Shown here: piece by piece, positions 56,961-64,000 of the stretch
Layout: each line of letters starts with the position of its first letter
Position numbering within the stretch: the first letter of the stretch is position 1
Assembly (NCBI GenBank): GCA_964449965.1
Contig: CAYVEO010000001.1
Location: 15,189-79,188 of the forward strand
Length of the DNA stretch: 64,000 bases
Source: an uncultured Planctomycetia bacterium
Lineage (GTDB): Bacteria; Omnitrophota; Gorgyraeia; CAYVEO01
Direction of reading: 5' to 3'
The notes under the pieces: model-generated
The model's input: the letters and a program-made list of their open reading frames with translations, nothing else
The model's database searches: none
Told to the model about the DNA's origin: nothing
Translations under genes and position numbers: made by a program

Positions 56961-57925
56961 CACGCCCACCACATCTTCCCTTTTTCCTCTACCATGATAA
57001 TCTCCTTGAGAAACTTCACAGCTTTGTTTAACCCTTCACTCATACTCATAAGACTGTCTTCATGTTCTATAGACAGGACATGGTCATACCCGACCATACG
57101 CAGGGTACTAATAAAATCCTTCCAGAAAGGAAAACCGTGTCCATAACCAACGGTGCGGAAAATCCACGAACGGTGCAATTCATCACCATAGTGCTTATTG
57201 TCTAAGACGCCGTTAATTGCGGTATTATACGTATCAATCTTTGTATCCTTGGCATGGACGTGGTATATAACGCCTTTTAATTCACGTATAGCAGCAATCG
57301 GGTCTATGCCCTGCCAGAATAAGTGGCTTGGGTCTAAGTTGGCGCCTATCTCTTTACCAACTGCGGCCCTTAACCTGAGCAATGTCTCAGGATTATAGAC
57401 CACAAATCCCGGATGCATCTCAAGGCAAATCATACTTACCCCATGGTCACGGGCATAAAGAGCAATCTTTTTCCAATATGGGACTACCTTTTTCTCCCAC
57501 TGCCATTTAAGGACGTTAGAATAATCCGGCGGCCAGGGACACGTTACCCAATTAGGATACTTAGCATTATCCGAGTCTCCGGGACAGCCGGAGAATGCGA
57601 TTACCCTCTTCTGACCCATCTGTTCTGCCAGAAGAATAGTCTGCCGCATGACACGGTCATTTTCCCGTGCAATCTTTTTATCCGGGTGCAGCGGATTACC
57701 ATGACAACTTAAACCGCTTATGATTAAGTCCCGTTTCTCAAATTCATCTTTAAATCTCTCCAAAGCATCCTTGTCCTTAAGCAGGATATCCGGGTCACAG
57801 TGTACCTTACCCGTGTAATTCCCACAGCCGATTTCCACAGCTTCACATCCGGCCCCGGATATATAATCCAGAGCCTCATGTAAAGGCTTTTGACTTAATA
57901 AAACCGAAAATACTCCAAGTTTCAT
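56960..57925 (-). CDS. sugar phosphate isomerase/epimerase (xylose isomerase-like TIM barrel)
   Basis: 321 aa TIM barrel with a conserved His/Glu/Asp metal-site pattern (HVHAKD...EHED). Confidence 0.55.
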   Translation of the reverse strand: MKLGVFSVLLSQKPLHEALDYISGAGCEAVEIGCGNYTGKVHCDPDILLKDKDALERFKDEFEKRDLIISGLSCHGNPLHPDKKIARENDRVMRQTILLAEQMGQKRVIAFSGCPGDSDNAKYPNWVTCPWPPDYSNVLKWQWEKKVVPYWKKIALYARDHGVSMICLEMHPGFVVYNPETLLRLRAAVGKEIGANLDPSHLFWQGIDPIAAIRELKGVIYHVHAKDTKIDTYNTAINGVLDNKHYGDELHRSWIFRTVGYGHGFPFWKDFISTLRMVGYDHVLSIEHEDSLMSMSEGLNKAVKFLKEIIMVEEKGKMWWA

Positions 57926-57926
57926 A

Positions 57927-58955
57927 TTATTTTTTCATCCTATCCATATCCCTGTCCCTGTTATCCATCAGATACTTTATCGCTTTTTCTTCAGGATAGC
58001 CTTCATGCACTACTTTGGTTACTGCCAACGCTACTGCCAACGGGTCATCTTTTCCGGGGAAATGGACATTCCTGCCTACAAGTGCCCCGCGAACATTTGC
58101 ACCTGCACGCATACCCCTTGAAAATTCTCCTATTATACCTGTAGGGTCACCTTTGGATTCCCCGCCCAGCATCAACAGCGGCAGTGTAGTAGCCCTGACC
58201 ACCCTATCGTAACCATCTACGTACGGTATCTTAAGCCATAATCCCTTTGAAGAATCACCCAACGCAGAGGCTACGCCAATAACCTTAATAAGGTCATCAG
58301 GGGTCTTCCTGACCTTGTTAGTCCCCTCTTCTATAGGTAGTGGTTCAAGAAAGGCAGGGATATCAAGTCTATTCAACTCATTTATAGCCTGTGCACAATA
58401 ATACAATGTCTTTGCAGAACCTTCATTTGTAAGGTCAAGCCGGAACATCATCTTTGCACCGTCCAGCCTCAAATCATATATGCTGGCTGCTGTCCATGAG
58501 GTCATAGTATCATCCATTTCAAACTTTGCCCCGGCAAGTCCTCCCCTGTTCATGCAGCCTAATATTACCTTGTTATCAAGGAAACCTTTTATGCCCCTCT
58601 TTTTCAGGATGTGCTGGACAACAAACAGGTCTTCAATTATGTCTGTCGTGCCCATCACGCCATCAAATTCAGGGCTCGTTATCACCCGTAATATCCTCCC
58701 TAAGTACTGATAGCGGTCCCCCATTCTAATAGGGTCATCACCTGACTTCACGACATTTCGCGCAGGATGGTCACATGCTAATACGGTAAGCCTGCCATCG
58801 GTAGTGAGTTTCTTACGCCGGACACGTGTCTTCGCTTCTTTTTCTATGACCTTATTATCATTCACTCTTATTTCTGTAATCTCTTCAAATATATCCTTTG
58901 GGAAGAAATCTTCCAGTATAAATTCATAGTTTCCTATAGAATACCCATTACTCAT
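57927..58955 (-). CDS. class I aldolase-like protein (DeoC/LacD/Cgl0159-like family), low confidence
   Basis: 342 aa with a beta/alpha-barrel-like pattern. Neighbour of a sugar isomerase. Assignment made from memory, not verified. Confidence 0.3.
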   Translation of the reverse strand: MSNGYSIGNYEFILEDFFPKDIFEEITEIRVNDNKVIEKEAKTRVRRKKLTTDGRLTVLACDHPARNVVKSGDDPIRMGDRYQYLGRILRVITSPEFDGVMGTTDIIEDLFVVQHILKKRGIKGFLDNKVILGCMNRGGLAGAKFEMDDTMTSWTAASIYDLRLDGAKMMFRLDLTNEGSAKTLYYCAQAINELNRLDIPAFLEPLPIEEGTNKVRKTPDDLIKVIGVASALGDSSKGLWLKIPYVDGYDRVVRATTLPLLMLGGESKGDPTGIIGEFSRGMRAGANVRGALVGRNVHFPGKDDPLAVALAVTKVVHEGYPEEKAIKYLMDNRDRDMDRMKK

Positions 58956-60432
58956 TTTTATGAATATCTCCTTTCCTGCTTTTTATCTTTTCTCTAACCT
59001 TCTCTTGTTTGGAGTCTATCTCTAATGACCTTTCCCACTCTTTGAGCGCTTTTTCTATAAGTCCCTTCTTAGAGTATATATCACCCAGATGGTCCCTTAC
59101 GACAGGGTCATCTTTCAAAAGATTGGCTGCCTTCTCAATCTGTACCAGCGCCTCATCCACCATCCCCTTCTTATAGAACGCCCATCCAAGGCTGTCAATA
59201 TACGCCCCGTTATCAGGTTCAATCTCTAATGCCTTTTTTATTAACTCTATCGCCTCATCTAAGTTTTCGCCATCCTCTGCCCACATATAGCCAATGTAAT
59301 TATATGCATTGGCATTCAGAGGGTTAAGTTGAATCACTTTTTTTAGTTCTTCCACCGCCTTCTTCTTATCCTTAACCTTCTCGTATAATGCCCCGAGGTA
59401 AAAGTGAGGCGCGTCATCCTCCGGATTGATCCGGCTCGCTGCCTCATAAGAAGAGATGGCATCTTCTTTTCTGTCTGCCCCTTCGTATGCCGTCCCCAAT
59501 AACATATATGAGTAAGCATCACCTGTGTCTTTTAATTTAACAGCCTTCTCAAGGACTTCAACTGCCTCCTGGTATCTGTTTTCTTCAAGGTAAATAGACC
59601 CTAATTCCCTGTATCCTGCTAAGTTCATGGGTTCTATCTGCAAGAGCTGCCTGTACTGCTCAATTGCCTTGTCTGCCATTTTCATCTCATAGTATATCTG
59701 GGCTAACCTGTGATAGACACCTGCCGCAAGAGGTTTCAGTTCAAATGACTTTTTGTATTCACCTTCTGCCTTTTCATCCTCACCTTTTAATTCATGCAAA
59801 ACCCCCTTGTAGAGATGTGCCTCTATATTACCCGGTTCAAGTTCAAGCGTCTTATCAAGATATACAACGGCATCGTCATACCTATTCAACCTGATGTAGA
59901 TTGTAGCCAGGTTAAAATAAACGCTGGGCATGTCTTTTTTCTCTTCAATAATCCTCTCATAAACAGGAATCGCCTCTTCATACCTTTCACTCAAGACGTA
60001 GAAATCAGCGAGAAATATAAGCGCCTCTATGCTGCCGGGGGATAATTTGAGCACCTCTTTATACTCTAATTCTGATTCCTCATACTTTTTTAGATGAAGG
60101 TATAACCTCGCCAATATAAGGTGTGCTGCTGCGTTCCCAGAGTCAAGCCCTATTGCAGCCTTTAACTCTAATATACCCTCATCCATCCTGCCTGAGCTAA
60201 TATAGTCAGCCCCTAATCTTGTATGGATACTTGGGGAATCACGGTCGTATTCTAATGCCTTCCTATATTCATCTATAGCATCATCCCGCCTCCCATAAAT
60301 ATCGTGAATCAAACCCAGCGCATAATGGAAATAGGGATTAGCATTATCAGCAAAGGCACGAGGACCGGCAACCCCGGTTACTAATATCAACGCCGCACAC
60401 GATAATAGTATTAAAGATTTATATTTTTGCAT
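58948..60432 (-). CDS. TPR-repeat protein, secreted/periplasmic
   Basis: Signal peptide, then at least 12 TPR units (A..Y..LG..Y...G.Y.EAI..Y..AL.L.P). Confidence 0.6.
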   Translation of the reverse strand: MQKYKSLILLSCAALILVTGVAGPRAFADNANPYFHYALGLIHDIYGRRDDAIDEYRKALEYDRDSPSIHTRLGADYISSGRMDEGILELKAAIGLDSGNAAAHLILARLYLHLKKYEESELEYKEVLKLSPGSIEALIFLADFYVLSERYEEAIPVYERIIEEKKDMPSVYFNLATIYIRLNRYDDAVVYLDKTLELEPGNIEAHLYKGVLHELKGEDEKAEGEYKKSFELKPLAAGVYHRLAQIYYEMKMADKAIEQYRQLLQIEPMNLAGYRELGSIYLEENRYQEAVEVLEKAVKLKDTGDAYSYMLLGTAYEGADRKEDAISSYEAASRINPEDDAPHFYLGALYEKVKDKKKAVEELKKVIQLNPLNANAYNYIGYMWAEDGENLDEAIELIKKALEIEPDNGAYIDSLGWAFYKKGMVDEALVQIEKAANLLKDDPVVRDHLGDIYSKKGLIEKALKEWERSLEIDSKQEKVREKIKSRKGDIHKNE

Positions 60433-60435
60433 CTT

Positions 60436-60534
60436 TTTTTATCTTATTCTCTTCTTGTGTCTGTTAGCTCTGAGCTTCTTCTTCCTCTTATGCTTGGCCA
60501 TCTTGGCCCTTTTTCTCTTTTTACCACTCGGCAT
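60436..60534 (-). CDS. unannotated 32-aa highly basic peptide ORF (MPSGKKRKRAKMAKHKRKKKLRANRHKKRIR) with a strong SD
   Basis: GGAGGTG 6 nt upstream of the ATG. 19 of 32 residues are K or R. Stop is 3 nt before the TPR gene start. Below the 60-aa track cutoff. Confidence 0.4.
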
Positions 60535-60549
60535 CTTTAATCACCTCCA

Positions 60550-61419
60550 TCAATAGATTACCTTATTCAGCGGGTACTCAATAATCCCCTCAGCACCTGC
60601 ACTCTTTAATCTTGGTATTAACATACGGACTGTCTTTTCATCTATTATGGTATCTATGTCAAACCACCCCTTCTCGCTCAATGAAGAAATCGTGGGTTTC
60701 TTCATCGCAGGCAGGATAGAAAGCACCCTTTTCAGGTTTTTTTCTGACACGTTCATCTTCAACCCTACTTTCTCCTCTGCCAGGATTGCACCATTGAGCA
60801 GAAGAGATACGTTTTCTATCTTTCTCCTCTTCCAGGGGTTCTCCCATGACCTCTTATTGGCAATAAGGCGGGGTGTAGATTCTAATACTGTATCTATGAT
60901 TCTCAGATTGTTTGCCCTGAGAGAACTACCTGTCTCTGTAGCCTCTACAATGGCATCTGCTAATTCAGGAGGCTTCACCTCAGTAGCACCGTAAGAATAT
61001 TCCACCTCTGCCTTTATCCCGATTCTACGAAGATATTTCCGGGTGAGGGTTACCAATTCAGTGCTAATCCTTAAACCCGCAAGGTCCTTTGGAGACCTTA
61101 TCTTAGAACCATCTGCCACAGCCACCACCCATTTAACGGGCCTCAGGCTCTGCTTGGAATATATGAGTTCTGCCACCTCTACCACTTTAGAACCATTCTC
61201 TAAAATCCAATCCTTCCCGGTAATACCTGCATCCAGGACGCCATCTTCTACGTAACGTGACATCTCCTGCGGCCTTATAAGTATAGCCTTGAGTTCTTCG
61301 TCATCAACGATAGGAAAATACGACCTCTCACTTATGGAGATATTAAATCCTGCCTTTCTAAACATCTTCATAGTAGAATCCTGCAAACTACCCTTAGGCA
61401 AACCTATCTTCAGTATCAT
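60550..61419 (-). CDS. hisG: ATP phosphoribosyltransferase, long form with C-terminal regulatory domain
   Basis: [20 protein letters not shown], and a C-terminal His-binding ACT-like domain. 289 aa. Confidence 0.85.
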   Translation of the reverse strand: MILKIGLPKGSLQDSTMKMFRKAGFNISISERSYFPIVDDEELKAILIRPQEMSRYVEDGVLDAGITGKDWILENGSKVVEVAELIYSKQSLRPVKWVVAVADGSKIRSPKDLAGLRISTELVTLTRKYLRRIGIKAEVEYSYGATEVKPPELADAIVEATETGSSLRANNLRIIDTVLESTPRLIANKRSWENPWKRRKIENVSLLLNGAILAEEKVGLKMNVSEKNLKRVLSILPAMKKPTISSLSEKGWFDIDTIIDEKTVRMLIPRLKSAGAEGIIEYPLNKVIY

Positions 61420-61574
61420 AAAATTAACCTCTTTCCTCTTTTATCTCTCTTTGCTGCTCCTGTTTATTCCTCTTCCTTGAATATGCCTTGAGGCTTTCTT
61501 TTACCCTTACCCGCGGGTTAATCTTCCACGAGCGCCTTATCTTAATCTCTTTGGAACGAATCATTATCGTAAGA

Positions 61575-61603
61575 AGTATATCATATAAAAAAATTACCGT
61601 CAA
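61575..61603 (-). promoter_or_regulatory. candidate sigma70 promoter for hisG (TTGACG-N17-TATACT) with a leader of about 150 nt
   Basis: rc of 61598-61603 = TTGACG. rc of 61575-61580 = TATACT. 17-nt spacer. Confidence 0.4.
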
Positions 61604-61627
61604 GATTTTTTTCCAGTTGGGTTTTTG

Positions 61628-63409
61628 TTACACCTGAACCGGTTCTGCTGCTTTGTATTGTTCTTCGTAAAGCCTTGCATAGAGTCCGCCGGATTTGAGG
61701 AGGCTTTTGTGGACGCCTTTTTCTATAATCTCTCCCTTCCTCATTACGATAATCATGTCAGATTTCATAACGGATGATATGCGGTGTGATACTATAAAAC
61801 ATGTCCTGCCTCTCATGAGTTTGTCTAAGGTTTCCTGCAGCCTTGATTCTGTCTCTGCATCAAGGGATGAGGTGCAGTCGTCCAATACCAGCACTTGAGG
61901 ATTCGTAAGGAGTGCCCTCGCAATGGCGAGCCTCTGCCTCTGTCCGCCGGAGACTGTCACGCCCCGTTCTCCAATCTCTGTATCGTATTTGTCAGGCAGT
62001 GTGTATATAAAATCATGTATCTCTGCCGCCCTTGCCGCTTCAATCACCTCTTCGTCTCGTGCATCCTCACGCCCATACTTGATATTGGATTTTATGCTCC
62101 CGGAAAATAGAACACTCTCCTGAGGCACAAAGCCTATCTTCTGCCTGAGAGAGACAATCCTGACATCCCTTAAATCGTACTCATCAATGAATATCGCGCC
62201 TTCAGTTATCTCATAGAAACGTGGTATTAAAGAAAGCAGAGTGCTCTTACCAGAGCCGCTCGGGCCTACTATGCCTACAATGGTGCCTGGCATCACTTCT
62301 AAATTTATATTCTTGAGTATCACCCTGTCACCAAACTTATATTTAAAAGATACCCCCCTGAAAGAGACCTGCCCGATAATCTCTTTGAGTTCCACGGCAT
62401 TATCTGAATCTTTTATGGTAACCGGTTCATCCATTATCTCAAATATTCTGTCAACCGATACCATGACCCACTGGACAGTTGTATTTATCTGCGTAAGCCT
62501 GACGATAGGGCCGTACAGGTATCCGATAAACGAATAAAATGCTATCAGGCTTCCTACTGTAAGAGCACCATTTATTATTAACCTTCCGCCGTACCAGAGG
62601 ACAAAACCTGTCCCCACGCCGCTTATGACTCCTGCAATCGCACCCAATATGGTATTAAGAACGGCATTATCTATGTTCAATTCTCTGTGTTCTGATACCT
62701 TCTTTGAAAACTGATTTATCTCATAATTTTCTCGCGCAAAAGATTTGACAATCCTGATGGCAGAGACCCTCTCTTCCAATAAGCCGTATATCTCTGCCAC
62801 CTTGTCACGAATTTTCTTATTTATAATGCGTATCTTGTTGACGAAGAAGTTATAATTTAATGCGTAGAATGGTAATGTCCCAAGTGATATTACTGCCAAT
62901 TCCCTCCTTATTGATACCATAATACCAACAACTAATATGAGCATGACGACGTCAGTAAACATTGTGATAAAACCGCCTGTAACCATATTCTGGACGACAT
63001 TTACGTCATTGACAACCCTTGCCATAATCTTACCAGGCAGCCTTGTATCATAGAATGCCAGCTGTAATTCCTGCAATTTCTCATGAAGCTTCCTTCTCAG
63101 GTGAAATACGACCCTCTGGCCAAGAAAGTTTATGACATACTGGAGCCCGAAGGAAATAAGGTTTCTGGATAGATGGACTATGACGAATAAAAGAAATATA
63201 ATCACTACCATCTTAACGTCTTTCTCAGGGACAGCCCTGTCAATGAGGGCCTTTGTAAGAAAAGGAATTGGCAAGAGCAGGGCTGTGAGGATAAGCATCA
63301 GGAGTGAGGACCACACTACCAATAGCCAGTAAGGTCTTATGAATTCCCGCATGAGCCTGGAAAAGTTAGATTTTTTAGACTGGTGCGAATTGGAGTTTGT
63401 AGATTGCAT
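61628..63409 (-). CDS. ABC exporter, fused permease plus ATPase (MsbA/heterodimeric multidrug exporter type)
   Basis: 6-TM N-terminal domain. Walker A GPSGSGKST, signature VSGGQRQRLAIARAL, Walker B VLVLDD. Confidence 0.85.
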   Translation of the reverse strand: MQSTNSNSHQSKKSNFSRLMREFIRPYWLLVVWSSLLMLILTALLLPIPFLTKALIDRAVPEKDVKMVVIIFLLFVIVHLSRNLISFGLQYVINFLGQRVVFHLRRKLHEKLQELQLAFYDTRLPGKIMARVVNDVNVVQNMVTGGFITMFTDVVMLILVVGIMVSIRRELAVISLGTLPFYALNYNFFVNKIRIINKKIRDKVAEIYGLLEERVSAIRIVKSFARENYEINQFSKKVSEHRELNIDNAVLNTILGAIAGVISGVGTGFVLWYGGRLIINGALTVGSLIAFYSFIGYLYGPIVRLTQINTTVQWVMVSVDRIFEIMDEPVTIKDSDNAVELKEIIGQVSFRGVSFKYKFGDRVILKNINLEVMPGTIVGIVGPSGSGKSTLLSLIPRFYEITEGAIFIDEYDLRDVRIVSLRQKIGFVPQESVLFSGSIKSNIKYGREDARDEEVIEAARAAEIHDFIYTLPDKYDTEIGERGVTVSGGQRQRLAIARALLTNPQVLVLDDCTSSLDAETESRLQETLDKLMRGRTCFIVSHRISSVMKSDMIIVMRKGEIIEKGVHKSLLKSGGLYARLYEEQYKAAEPVQV

Positions 63410-64000
63410 TGTAAAATCCTTTTGGGTTCTGGATTAGTTCGTCATGCCTGCCAGATTCTACTATCCTTCCATTGTCAAGCACGAGGATTAAATCTGCATG
63501 GACAACTGTAGATAACCTGTGGGCTATCACAAAACACGTCCTGCCTCGCATCAGGTTCTCCATCGCCTTCTGTATAAGTGATTCTGATTCAGAATCCAAG
63601 GAAGAGGTTGCTTCATCAAGGACTATGATACCCGGGTGACCTACCACTGCCCTCGCTATGGCTAATCTCTGTTTCTCCCCGAGAGATAATTTAATCCCTT
63701 CTTCTCCTAATCTTGAATTATATCCTTCCGGAAGAGAAGTAATGAAATCATGGAGTTCTGCAATCCTTGCTGCCTCTGTGATTTCATTCAGCGTCGCATC
63801 CTCTTTTCCATATCTTATGTTTTCTTCAATCGTCACATTGAATAACAGAGGGTCCTGCAGAACAACGCCAACCTGACTTCTTAACGAATGAAAGGTCACC
63901 GTAGAAATATCATGCCCATCTATGATTATCCGCCCATTTAGAGGGTCATAAAACCTTAATAAGAGACTAACAATACTTGACTTCCCGCTGCCTGTCTTGC
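63375..64000 (-). CDS. ABC exporter partner subunit (permease plus ATPase), 5' part beyond window end
   Basis: C-terminal ABC domain LSLGEKQRLAIARAV...IIVLDEATSSLD. The frame stays open to 64000. Overlaps the downstream exporter gene by 35 nt, which suggests a heterodimer. Confidence 0.8.
   Translation of the reverse strand, partial: KTGSGKSSIVSLLLRFYDPLNGRIIIDGHDISTVTFHSLRSQVGVVLQDPLLFNVTIEENIRYGKEDATLNEITEAARIAELHDFITSLPEGYNSRLGEEGIKLSLGEKQRLAIARAVVGHPGIIVLDEATSSLDSESESLIQKAMENLMRGRTCFVIAHRLSTVVHADLILVLDNGRIVESGRHDELIQNPKGFYNAIYKLQFAPV

Noticed and set aside
61420-61627. His-leader peptide or T-box upstream of hisG
   Set aside because: The only small ORF in the leader (MIRSKEIKIRRSWKI) has no His run. 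No T-box specifier or antiterminator consensus was seen. Only a promoter is called.

Overview
This is a 64 kb window from a low-GC (about 40%) diderm bacterium. Almost every gene is on the minus strand; the only convincing plus-strand gene is rpsT. The backbone is conserved housekeeping. There is an ECF sigma / anti-sigma / Spy-like periplasmic operon, a short MGMT gene, then uvrC, murJ, rpsT, holA-lptE, a BamD-like TPR protein, apgM, lpxA, a RACo-like ferredoxin-ASKHA protein, trxA, spoIID and yebC-ruvCAB. Further on come a hexapeptide-repeat gene, nadX-nadA, panD, proB-obg-rpmA-rplU, rng, livGF, pilT, vapBC, secG-tpiA-pgk-gap, a secreted beta-propeller, an S55 peptidase, two tandem GalT paralogues, fmt-def, a PilZ protein, a sigma54 response regulator, tRNA-Ser(GCU), tadA, hisG and a pair of ABC exporters. 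The main accessory feature is an integrative element of about 12.9 kb at 17173..30063, inserted into the 5' end of yebC. It is bounded by perfect 33-bp direct repeats and has integrase arm-type GTGTCCA repeats just inside each end. It encodes an integrase, an excisionase, a DnaG-Toprim primase with a P-loop domain, small HTH and zinc-ribbon proteins, a 1297-aa PKD/FN3 surface protein with an unusual poly-Gly plus CFIATAAYG C-terminal module, a beta-class MTase fused to an Mrr-like nuclease domain, an ORF6N protein and a toxin-antitoxin-like pair. Several short conserved intergenic elements are also present. These include a 45-nt hairpin element in two copies with a compensatory stem change, a GC-rich hairpin immediately after stop codons in two copies, three GGGACAGTCCC palindromes around the MGMT gene, and a long inverted repeat that overlaps the tadA start codon. 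There is also an unannotated 32-aa basic ORF with a strong RBS.
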